Shown here: positions 1 to 7,671 of the stretch, in pieces
How the letters are laid out: the number at the start of each line of letters is the position of its first letter
Position numbering within the stretch: the stretch's first letter is position 1
From: Armatimonadota bacterium
Lineage (GTDB): Bacteria > Armatimonadota > Zipacnadia > Zipacnadales > UBA5352
Length of the DNA stretch: 14,356 nucleotides
Assembly (NCBI GenBank): GCA_034722055.1
Contig: JAYENL010000263.1
Span: forward strand, 1-14,356
Direction: 5' to 3'
Notes under the pieces: generated by a model
Told to the model about the DNA's origin: nothing
Seen by the model: only the letters and a program-made list of their open reading frames with translations
The model's database searches: none
Made by a program: the position numbers and the translations under genes

Positions 1-9
1 CGGCCTCGA

Positions 10-1965
10 TCAGCGGAAGTAGGGGACCGCCTCCTCGGCGTTCAGGTCATCGCGGAGCATCTCGAGCTGCTCGTCGCTGAGGTGCCCGAAGGCGAACAGG
101 CAGTAGCCGTGGATGCCCATCAGACGCACTAACTCGATCTGCTCGCGCACCAGCTCCGGGGGCCGGGACATCGTCTCAGTGCCGGAGCGCATGTATAGCG
201 AGAGGCCCGTCACGAGCTTCTCGTCATCGTCGAGGGCATCCAGAAACTGCCGCTCGTGAGCGCGGACAGCCAGCGTCTGCATGGCGTAGTCCATGGGGAT
301 GACCACGTCGATCCAGCCCTGGCGGGCCCACCCTGCCGGGTCCTGGCCCTGCAGCGCGCCGCCCTGGAGGTTGCTGAACACCGCCGCCGACATGATGGCG
401 TCGGGATCGGCCTCGCGCACGCCCTCGGCGGTGCGTTGGACGATGTCGCCGATGGCCTGGCGCTGCCAGGCGATCCACTCCTCGTCGGTGGCCTCTGCAA
501 GCGGCTTGCCGAACTGCTCGGCGAACTCGGCGCGGCACTTCTCGCAGTAGCACCGCCCCTTGGAGCGGATGTAGTCGAGGTGAATGCCGTCCACGTCGTA
601 GTCGCGGGCCACGCCGACCATCAGGTCCACCATGAAGTCGCGATACTCGCGGCGATGCACGTCGGAGGCCAGCTCCTCGACCTCGCCCTCCTCATCATAC
701 ATGCGCGCGTCCACGCCGTAGGCTTCCTCGAACCACTCGTTGAAGCTGGGATCGCGGTAGCTGACGCAGAACCAGGGGTGGACCTCCAGTCCCGCCGCGT
801 GGGCCCGCTCGATGAGATACCCCAGCGGGTCGAAGTCCGCCCACTTCTCCTGCGACCACGGCAGCAGGTCGCTGCGGGCCATGAAGCTGTTGCGCACGTG
901 GATGTCGGCCACGATGGTGTTCAGCCGGGCGGCCGAGCAGCGCCGGACCAGCTCATCGACCCCCTCGCGGGTGGCGATGTCGGAGGTGGAGCACCAGATG
1001 CCCCGCGTCTCGTGGATGAGGCCCTCGGCGGTCCGGGGCAGCTCGTAGCCCTGCTCGGTGATCTGCATCTGGTCGGGCGAGACCTGCCCCTGGCCGCGCT
1101 CGAAGGTCCGCGAGACGTCCGCGAACCGCAGGCCCTGCGGCGTCTGCAGGGCCACGGTGCCGCTGATGGTGATCTCCTCCGGCACGTCGCCCGGGGGGAG
1201 GGAGCCGCGCAGCCAGCCGGTGGGCTCGTTGAGCAGGCCCCACTCGGTCTCAAGCTGGCTCTCGCGGCCGGCGGCCGACAGCTCCAGGGGCACGTTCACC
1301 ACCGGGAAGCGATCCCCGCGGGCATCAGTGATGGCGATCCGCGCCCGCACATCGCCCTCGGGGTCCCAGGTGCACTGGAGCTGCTCCAGCTCCAGGGAGT
1401 AGTCCGAGAGGTCGGCGAGGGTGAAGGTGAGCTGGCGAACCACCTCCCGCTGATCGAAGTACGGGGGAGGACTGGTGATGTCGAGCCACTCCTCGCCCTC
1501 CGCGGGGTCAATGAGGAAGTAGTAGTGGCCGCGGATGCCCACCAGGCCGCGCTCGGGAAGGGGACCGTACTTCTCATTGAGCCAGGCCCGGAGGTCCTCA
1601 GGCACAGCGGTGTGCTCCCCGGCCTCCGAGAGATCGATGGGCTCGCGGGTGTAGAACGCGGACATGGTCTCCTCCTCGAAGTGGTAGAGGCGCCAGTACT
1701 CGGTGCCGAAGCGCGAGTTGAGGATAATGGGCGCCGGCTCGAGAACTTCATAGTTGATGGTCAGCGGCAGCGTCATCTCCTCGCCGCCGGCGTAGTGGAT
1801 CACGTGGGCGGTGAGGTCCACGTCCAGGAACCTGACCACGCCGCCGCCCTCGTAGCGCGGCTTGTCCTCGGCCCCACGGCCCACCACGGTGAGCACGGAG
1901 GGATCCTGCGCGAAGGCGGTGGCGATCAGCAGAAACGCCGCAAGAACGGCGCTGGCACGAAGCAT
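10..1965 (-). CDS. Secreted glycoside hydrolase-like family 10 (GHL10/DUF187, YddW-like) protein with a long uncharacterised N-terminal region
   Basis: C-terminal ~330 aa has GHL10 motifs ETRGIW, AHAAGLEVHPWF, DVDGIHLDYIR, a CYCEKC cysteine cluster and WARQGWIDVVIPMDY. N-terminus MLRASAVLAAFLLIATAFA-QD looks like a signal peptide. Start moved from 1983 to ATG 1965 because AGGAGG (1975-1980, minus) lies 9 nt upstream. Confidence 0.85.
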   Translation of the reverse strand: MLRASAVLAAFLLIATAFAQDPSVLTVVGRGAEDKPRYEGGGVVRFLDVDLTAHVIHYAGGEEMTLPLTINYEVLEPAPIILNSRFGTEYWRLYHFEEETMSAFYTREPIDLSEAGEHTAVPEDLRAWLNEKYGPLPERGLVGIRGHYYFLIDPAEGEEWLDITSPPPYFDQREVVRQLTFTLADLSDYSLELEQLQCTWDPEGDVRARIAITDARGDRFPVVNVPLELSAAGRESQLETEWGLLNEPTGWLRGSLPPGDVPEEITISGTVALQTPQGLRFADVSRTFERGQGQVSPDQMQITEQGYELPRTAEGLIHETRGIWCSTSDIATREGVDELVRRCSAARLNTIVADIHVRNSFMARSDLLPWSQEKWADFDPLGYLIERAHAAGLEVHPWFCVSYRDPSFNEWFEEAYGVDARMYDEEGEVEELASDVHRREYRDFMVDLMVGVARDYDVDGIHLDYIRSKGRCYCEKCRAEFAEQFGKPLAEATDEEWIAWQRQAIGDIVQRTAEGVREADPDAIMSAAVFSNLQGGALQGQDPAGWARQGWIDVVIPMDYAMQTLAVRAHERQFLDALDDDEKLVTGLSLYMRSGTETMSRPPELVREQIELVRLMGIHGYCLFAFGHLSDEQLEMLRDDLNAEEAVPYFR

Positions 1966-1974
1966 GTCGAGATA

Positions 1975-1980
1975 CCTCCT
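1975..1980 (-). promoter_or_regulatory. Shine-Dalgarno site of the GHL10 gene
   Basis: cctcct on + = AGGAGG on minus, 9 nt before ATG 1965. Confidence 0.75.
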
Positions 1981-2016
1981 CAAGCGCTGTGCGACGAGAG
2001 ACTACGGCAACGACTG

Positions 2017-2050
2017 AACGGCTCGGCCGGGCTGAAGCCGCGGCCGCTCC
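2017..2050 (-). repeat. GGAG-tagged REP-like hairpin (34-nt variant)
   Basis: Minus strand reads GGAG-CGGCCG-C-GGCT-TC-AGCC-CGGCCG-AGCCGTT. Same end motifs as the units at 6458, 6542, 13971, 14021, 14091, 14261 and 14311. Confidence 0.6.
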
Positions 2051-2074
2051 GGACGACATTGACGTACGGCGACG

Positions 2075-2141
2075 GCGGCAGGCAGGATGCCCGCCCCACG
2101 GACCGACGCATTCGTGGCGCAGGCTTCCAGCCTGCGGTCGT
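2075..2141. repeat. Inverted doublet of GTGG-tagged REP-like palindromes
   Basis: Minus unit GTGG-G-GCGGGCA-TCC-TGCCTGC (within 2075-2101) faces plus unit GTGG-C-GCAGGCT-TCC-AGCCTGC (2114-2135). 2112-2141 is identical to 4235-4264. Confidence 0.8.
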
Positions 2142-2149
2142 GGCCGCGC

Positions 2150-4003
2150 CTACTCCGGGTCCACCCAGATGGGACTCGACCAAGCCATGGCGCCGTCGCG
2201 CTGGGTGAGCCGGGCGTAATACCAGGTGGGCCCCTCCGGCGGGTCCTCGTCGCGGTAGTCGATACGCATCTCCCGAGCGTAGCCACGCATCGCCTCAATG
2301 GGCTCGTTGTTGCGCAGCAGCTCCAGGGCGACGATGTCGGAAGTGCCGGCGCCCCGCACGGCGATCTCTCGCGGCTGGTCGCGGGGTGCCGTCAGCTCTT
2401 CGCCCATGTGGGCGCGAGCGCGGCCAGCGTCGATGGTCAGCGACAGGAGGATGCGGCGGCCGGTGGTGGCGTAGGTGGCGCGGTTCTGCATGGACGAGAA
2501 CAGGGACTCGCGGGTCAACTCGTCGGCCAGCAACGCCGCGATGCCGTTGTTCGGCTCGCCCGGCTCGCCGTTGTGATTGTCGGAGGAGGCGATGAAGCCG
2601 AAGCGGTAGCCGCGGGCCAGGGCCTGCTGAATGCAGTGGGATCCGAGCTCCTCGCCGATGCCCCAGATGGAATAGACCTCCGCGAGCGGCTGCATGAGCG
2701 GGTCGAAGTAGCTCCAGTCGGTTCGGCCGCCGAACTTGACGTGGTGGGGGATGGTGATGGCCCGGCCCTCCGGCAGGGACTCCCAGAGCCGGTCCGGGCG
2801 GTTGCTCTCCGGGTCATTGGCCGCGAAGCAGGGCTGGTCGTCGTCGAGGAAGTAGACGCACTTGTCGCCGAAGAGGTCCCAGCCGCCCCATTCGTAGGCC
2901 AGGAAGGCGACGTACCGGCCGGGCGCGTTGTGCTGGCGCGCCAGGCGCTGGATGATGGGCCAGAAGTCATCCACCTCGTAGCGCTTGGCGCCCTCCACGT
3001 GATTGGTGATGGCGCCGAAGTCCATGGCGCGCACCTCGCGCGACCAGCGATAGGCCTCCTGGGGCGTGCCCTTCCCGTCGCAGTGCCAGGTGTGCACGTG
3101 GATGTCGCCGAAGAAGACCATCCGCCCGCCGAACCAGTCCTCGCGGGTGACGGGGTTCGAGCGGCCGGAGATGCCCCGCTCGTCGTCCACCGCTGTGATG
3201 TAGTGCACCCCATCGCTCCCCAGCCGACAGCCCTCGACGACGGTCATGCCGCCATCGCCGGTGGTCATCTCCACCGCCTCCGGCAGGGTCGCTTCGGAGT
3301 CGGAGCACAGCAGCCGCACGGCGCCCTCGTAGCGCGGGTCGGGATTGCCGTGCACGCCGTCCGCGGCCATGAGGTGGAGGTCGAAGGGCTGGCCGAGGGT
3401 GACCGCCGGCCGGGCCACGACCTGGAAGCGCTGCGCCTCCGAGCCGGTGACCGTCAGCTCCGGGATCTTTTCGATGAGCTGATACACCGGCCAGTTCTCG
3501 GGGGCGATGGCGACTGGCACCGGGTGCCGGCGCGCGGATGCGGGCATGATGGCGGGGTTGCCCAGCGGCTCGCCGAAGTGGAAGACAAGCTCGTCGCCCT
3601 CCAGCAGCGGGTACTCCTTGATCAGGACGTCGATGATGCCGTCGGCGACCTCCACCTGCAGCTCAGGGGCGGGGTTGGAGCAGGTCACCGAGAGGCGCGG
3701 CTGCGGGCGGGGTGGGGCGGGGGAGGTGGGGAGCAGCGGCTGCAGCGGCGGCTCCACCGCCACGTGGCCGTAGGGCTCGATGCCGCCTTCGCCCACGGTG
3801 ACGGTCAGAGTGAGGCGCTGGCGGGATCCGGCCTCCACGGTATCGGGGGAGAGGGTGGCGGTGGCGGGATTGCGGCCCATGTGCAGCCAGCGCCGGTAGC
3901 CGCGCCACCACTCGCGGGTGCCGTCCTCGATGGACTGCCAGCGCTGGGCGACGCCCTTCTGGATGGAGGGGATGATGGGCTCGCGGGGCTCGGGCTCGGA
4001 CAC
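2150..4003 (-). CDS. DUF3604 / CehA-McbA family PHP-fold metallohydrolase
   Basis: Metal-binding motifs GDIHVHT, DFGAITNH, AYEW, IPHH and GFIASSDNH, plus the typical C-terminal RATYATTG...WYYARLTQRDG.MAWSSPIWV. GTG start preceded by GGGAGG. Confidence 0.85.
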   Translation of the reverse strand: MSEPEPREPIIPSIQKGVAQRWQSIEDGTREWWRGYRRWLHMGRNPATATLSPDTVEAGSRQRLTLTVTVGEGGIEPYGHVAVEPPLQPLLPTSPAPPRPQPRLSVTCSNPAPELQVEVADGIIDVLIKEYPLLEGDELVFHFGEPLGNPAIMPASARRHPVPVAIAPENWPVYQLIEKIPELTVTGSEAQRFQVVARPAVTLGQPFDLHLMAADGVHGNPDPRYEGAVRLLCSDSEATLPEAVEMTTGDGGMTVVEGCRLGSDGVHYITAVDDERGISGRSNPVTREDWFGGRMVFFGDIHVHTWHCDGKGTPQEAYRWSREVRAMDFGAITNHVEGAKRYEVDDFWPIIQRLARQHNAPGRYVAFLAYEWGGWDLFGDKCVYFLDDDQPCFAANDPESNRPDRLWESLPEGRAITIPHHVKFGGRTDWSYFDPLMQPLAEVYSIWGIGEELGSHCIQQALARGYRFGFIASSDNHNGEPGEPNNGIAALLADELTRESLFSSMQNRATYATTGRRILLSLTIDAGRARAHMGEELTAPRDQPREIAVRGAGTSDIVALELLRNNEPIEAMRGYAREMRIDYRDEDPPEGPTWYYARLTQRDGAMAWSSPIWVDPE

Positions 4004-4104
4004 TCAGATCGCCTCCCGGCTTGGAGTGGGGCGTCGTAGTGAGGTGCGCCACGAGGCGGGGAGAGTCCTTCGTGAAAGGCCACGGCAAACGGCAGCCTCT
4101 CCTG

Positions 4105-4127
4105 CCCCTCTCCGTGCCGGAGAGGGG
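4105..4127. repeat. Perfect 10-bp hairpin CCCCTCTCCG-TGC-CGGAGAGGGG (REP-like, third family)
   Basis: Perfect inverted repeat in the intergenic gap, with no U-tract. An AACGGC motif precedes it at 4088. Confidence 0.6.
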
Positions 4128-4139
4128 AAGCGGCGAACT

Positions 4140-4278
4140 GCGGCAGGCAGGATGCCTGACCCCACGGGTAAGGTTGGATCGTGGCGCAGGTTTCGAGAGG
4201 GTTGGATCGTGGCGCAGCGTTGCAGAGCATTCAATCGTGGCGCAGGCTTCCAGCCTGCGGTCGTTATCCTGCGGTCGT
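4140..4278. repeat. GTGG-tagged REP doublet with tandemly duplicated REP heads
   Basis: 4140-4167 resembles 2075-2101. ATCGTGGCGCAG occurs at 4178, 4206 and 4234 (28-bp period). The full unit 4235-4264 equals 2112-2141. CCTGCGGTCGT is duplicated at 4254 and 4268. Confidence 0.8.
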
Positions 4279-4281
4279 GTG

Positions 4282-6207
4282 TCACTCGAGGGTGAGGCGG
4301 AAGATGCGATAGGGGCGGATTGACGCGGGGCCGGACACCCGCTCCAGGAGGCCCTGGTCCACGGCCGCCCCGATGGTGCGGGCGATGCGGTCGTGGCTGC
4401 GGTGGATGTCGGGGAACTGCGCGGCGTGGATCATGACATGCGTGACGCCGAGGCGGCGCCACTGTGCGATCAGGTCCTCCGGGGTGCGCACCGAGTCGTA
4501 GTCGATGAGCGCGGAGTGGCCGCGGTCGGCCCACAGGTAGTCGCGGTCGAGGTAGTAGCCGCGCGGCTCGCCGTAGAGGGCGACCTTGGCGTCCAGGGGG
4601 GTGACGGCGTTCACGTGCTCGCTGGCGGCGTAGAGGGGTCGTCCCGCCAGGAAGAGATCTGCGTCCACCAGGCCCACGGCGGCGGGGAGCTGGGGGCCCA
4701 CGTATAGCACCATCAGGGCCAGGGCGATGACGGTCCAGGCGCCCAGCGCTGAGCGCACGACCGTGGCCAGGAGTCTGGAGTGGCGCTCGGCCTCCACCGC
4801 CGCCCAGGCGGCGGCGGGCGCCACCAGCGCCAGCGATGGCAGCAGATAGCGGGTGAGCTGCATGCTCCACAGCCACCACAGGTACAGCGGCAGCAGCACC
4901 CACAGCATCCAGCGCACCGGCGGGGGCCGGCGGAACAGCACCAGCAGCGGCAGCAGCGCCAGCCACAGCGGCCCCACGCTGTCGGTGGCCCACACGGCGA
5001 ACGCCCCCATGGGGACGGTAAAGGCGGGCGGATCGATGGTGAGGTTGATCGGTGCCAGCAGCAGGTTCAGGGGCCGACGCGGGCCGGCGAAGGCCGCCTG
5101 CAGCGGAGGCATCTCCCGCAGCTCCCGCAGGGGCGGCAGATCGCTCCTGCCATACTCGCGCTGGGAGTAGCGGTACTGCTCGGCACGGTCGGCCGACCAC
5201 AGCTTCCCGCCGAAGAGCTCATACGCGAAGGGGTAGACGGGGTTGCCGGTCCACAGATAGCTCTTGAGGTACCAGGGGCTGCACAGGATCAGGGCGATGC
5301 CCAGGTAGGCGGCAGCGTATCTGAGGGCGCGGAGGCTGCGGAGTGCGAGCACGATGCCGATGGCGAGCACCGCCAGCAGCGCCAGCCCCTGCATCTTGAA
5401 GGCGGCGCCGGCGCCGGCCATCACAGCCGAGAGCCACAGCAGCCAGGACACGTCCTCCCGCACCCAGCGGGCGAAGAAGTATAGCGCCAGGATGCCGCAG
5501 GTGATGGTGGCGAGGTCCACGTAGCCCACGCCCATCAGCCAGGCCAGGCCGGGGGTGGTGGCGAGGATCAGGGCCCCGTAGGCGCCGGCGGCAGGGGCGA
5601 GGAGGCGGCGGCCGGCGAGGACCGTGGCAGCCACGGCCATGAGGCCGAAGCCCCAGTGGAAGAGCTTGGCGGCGCCGGGGACGCCGAAGGCGTGGGCCAT
5701 GGTGTAGTGCATCTGCAGCGTGGCGGGGAACTGGGAGTGATGGTCGTACCACAGGGGGTGGATGCGACCGTCGCGGGCCCACTGCTTCGCCATGGCGAGG
5801 TGCTCGGCGGTGCCATCGAAGTCCTCCGGGGTGGGCGGGGCGAGAGCCGCCAAAAGCTGGAGGATCACGATCACCGTCATGGCCCAGTAGGCAGCCCGCA
5901 GCGGCGAGCGGCTCAGCCCCCACCACAGGGCGGCGGCTCCCCTGGCCACGGCCCGAAGGCAGTCGTCGAGGGTGCGCAGCCCCGCCAGCGCCGACAGCAG
6001 CAGCAGATGCGCCAGCGCCCACCACCGCAGCCAGCCCAGCAGCCCCATGGCGAGCACCAGCAGGCCCAGAAGCGTCATCCCCACCACCATGGCCGCCAGG
6101 CTGCGCTCGGCCTCGTCGTCGGGGGAGAGCCGGACGAGGCGCAGCACCTGCGTGCCCAGCATGAAGGCGGTCAGGCTCACGGCCAGGTAGATGGTCGCGC
6201 CAAGCAC
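4282..6207 (-). CDS. Polytopic membrane glycosyltransferase, GT-C fold (ArnT/PMT/GT39-like)
   Basis: Many hydrophobic segments. Acidic first-loop motif EDFDGTAEHLAMAKQW, plus GYVDLA, PWYLKSYLWTGNPVYPF, RYLLP and a soluble C-terminal domain. AGGAG lies 11 nt upstream of the GTG start. Confidence 0.8.
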   Translation of the reverse strand: MLGATIYLAVSLTAFMLGTQVLRLVRLSPDDEAERSLAAMVVGMTLLGLLVLAMGLLGWLRWWALAHLLLLSALAGLRTLDDCLRAVARGAAALWWGLSRSPLRAAYWAMTVIVILQLLAALAPPTPEDFDGTAEHLAMAKQWARDGRIHPLWYDHHSQFPATLQMHYTMAHAFGVPGAAKLFHWGFGLMAVAATVLAGRRLLAPAAGAYGALILATTPGLAWLMGVGYVDLATITCGILALYFFARWVREDVSWLLWLSAVMAGAGAAFKMQGLALLAVLAIGIVLALRSLRALRYAAAYLGIALILCSPWYLKSYLWTGNPVYPFAYELFGGKLWSADRAEQYRYSQREYGRSDLPPLRELREMPPLQAAFAGPRRPLNLLLAPINLTIDPPAFTVPMGAFAVWATDSVGPLWLALLPLLVLFRRPPPVRWMLWVLLPLYLWWLWSMQLTRYLLPSLALVAPAAAWAAVEAERHSRLLATVVRSALGAWTVIALALMVLYVGPQLPAAVGLVDADLFLAGRPLYAASEHVNAVTPLDAKVALYGEPRGYYLDRDYLWADRGHSALIDYDSVRTPEDLIAQWRRLGVTHVMIHAAQFPDIHRSHDRIARTIGAAVDQGLLERVSGPASIRPYRIFRLTLE

Positions 6208-6269
6208 CGTTTCAGCGTCTCCTGGGTGGATTCACGACGAGTTCCCGCCCCGGGCGTCTGTGCGAGCGC

Positions 6270-6413
6270 TCAGCCGAGGAAAGCTTCCACGACAACCTGC
6301 ACCAGCCCTCGGAGCGCAAGGGCGAAAACGGTCGCGATCCAGATCGCTGCCAGCGTCTCGCGGACATTCATGGGCTTGCGGGGGCGACGGCTTCCTTGCC
6401 CGCCCGTGGTCAT
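6270..6413 (-). CDS. Putative 47-aa single-pass membrane peptide (not in ORF track)
   Basis: Manual translation: MTTGGQGSRRPRKPMNVRETLAAIWIATVFALALRGLVQVVVEAFLG*. Basic N-terminus then a hydrophobic helix; fills the gap co-directionally. No clear SD. Alternative ATG at 6371. Confidence 0.4.
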   Translation of the reverse strand: MTTGGQGSRRPRKPMNVRETLAAIWIATVFALALRGLVQVVVEAFLG

Positions 6414-6457
6414 TGCGCGTTAATCGCACTGAGAAACGGCGCACGGACACGGGCGTC

Positions 6458-6489
6458 AACGGCGGGCCGCGTGGGCATGCCGCCTCTCC
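6458..6489 (-). repeat. GGAG-tagged 32-nt REP-like hairpin (degenerate stem)
   Basis: Minus: (GTAC)GGAG-A-GGCGGCATG-CC-CACGCGGCC-CGCCGTT, with two stem mismatches. Confidence 0.6.
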
Positions 6490-6541
6490 GTACGGGAAAC
6501 GGGCGATGGCTTCATGTGAATGATCGCGGCAAGGGCACGTT

Positions 6542-6581
6542 AACGGCGGGCCGGACGGTGGTCCGGCCCCTCCATACGGCG
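6542..6581 (-). repeat. GGAG-tagged 32-nt REP-like hairpin plus flank, near-identical to 14021-14060 and 14311-14350
   Basis: AACGGC-GGGCCGGAC-GGTG-GTCCGGCCC-CTCCATACGGCG. Perfect 9-bp stem; the three copies differ only in the 4-nt loop. Confidence 0.85.
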
Positions 6582-6603
6582 GGCGGGGGGTGGCGTGCCC
6601 GTG

Positions 6604-7671
6604 CTACCGGCAGAGATCGGCGATGAGCAGCTCGATGACCGTCCGCTCGTCCATGTCGCCGCCGAGACCCTTGAGCTGCAGGTCGGCGCGGTAGATGCGA
6701 TCCAGGCCGCGAGCGAGCTGGCCGTCGCTGAAGCGGGCGGCCTGCTGGGTATAGGGGCCCAGCAGCCGCCGGCTCCTGGCGATCAGCTCCGGGAAGTTGT
6801 GATGCTCCGGCAGGCGGGCGGCGACCTCCTTCGGCGGATCGGCAACTTGGCGTGCCGGGACGCCGAGCTGGCGAAGGTAGCGGGTCTGCCAGATCATGCG
6901 AATCTGCCGCTGGAGCATCGCCAGGAAGCGAAAGTACTCGCCCTTGTCGCAGCCCTCTGGGAGCACGCCCTCCAGCATGGAGAGGGCGCTGGCGGCATCT
7001 CTGCGGCCGACGGCGTCCATGATGTCGAAGATGTTCTCCTCAGTGACGCGCACGGAGACCGCCCGAACGTCCTCCACCCCCGCCTCCTCGCGCTCGCCGA
7101 TGTAGGCGGCGAGCTTCTCCAGCTCGCGGAGGAGGCGATCAACGTCGCTGCCCACCGTCTCGCACAGCACCTGGGCGGCGTCGCGGCTGATGCGCTTGCC
7201 CAGCCGCTGCATCTCGGATGCGGCCCAGCCGGGCAGGGCGTTGGGATGGGGGGCGCTGAGCTCCACGATCTGGCCGGAGCTCTCCACGGCCCTGCGCAGC
7301 GCCGCGGCCACCGGGACGCCCCTGTGCCAGCCGTCGGGCTGCTTCTCGGCGACCAGCACCACGGCCAGCCCCGGCTGCAGCGGCTCCAGGCGCTCGGCGA
7401 GCGCCTGCTGGTCGTCGCTGCTCAGCCGGGCGATGTCGCGGACGACGACCATCCGCCTGGGGGCCATGAGCGAGCCGGCGGCGAGCTCGCCGGCAATGCC
7501 CTGCAGGCCCTCCTCCGTGGCGTCGAGGCGCACCAGTGCGAACTCCCGGTCGGCGTCCTCCAGCCAGGCCTCAGCGAGCCGTTCGATGGCGCGGCGCTTG
7601 AGCACATCCGCGTCGCCGTAGAGGAGGGTCAGGGGCAGATCAGTGTTGAGCTGTGCCTGCCGTGAGCTCAC
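6604..7671 (-). CDS. holA: DNA polymerase III subunit delta
   Basis: 355 aa with HolA-type pattern: LLYGD, SLMAPRRMVVV, ELEKLAAY, ENIFDIMDAV, ADLQLKG and C-terminal IELLIADLC. GTG start overlaps the upstream TGA (GTGA, 7668-7671). Confidence 0.9.
   Translation of the reverse strand: MSSRQAQLNTDLPLTLLYGDADVLKRRAIERLAEAWLEDADREFALVRLDATEEGLQGIAGELAAGSLMAPRRMVVVRDIARLSSDDQQALAERLEPLQPGLAVVLVAEKQPDGWHRGVPVAAALRRAVESSGQIVELSAPHPNALPGWAASEMQRLGKRISRDAAQVLCETVGSDVDRLLRELEKLAAYIGEREEAGVEDVRAVSVRVTEENIFDIMDAVGRRDAASALSMLEGVLPEGCDKGEYFRFLAMLQRQIRMIWQTRYLRQLGVPARQVADPPKEVAARLPEHHNFPELIARSRRLLGPYTQQAARFSDGQLARGLDRIYRADLQLKGLGGDMDERTVIELLIADLCR

Noticed and set aside
4105..4127. Rho-independent terminator calls for this and the other hairpins
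   Set aside because: No U-tract follows the stems on either strand, so they are reported as REP-like repeats.
6232..6459. rpsT or another small gene expected next to holA (75-aa ORF)
   Set aside because: No similarity to S20 and it starts at the edge of a repeat. The 47-aa ORF in another frame is more protein-like.
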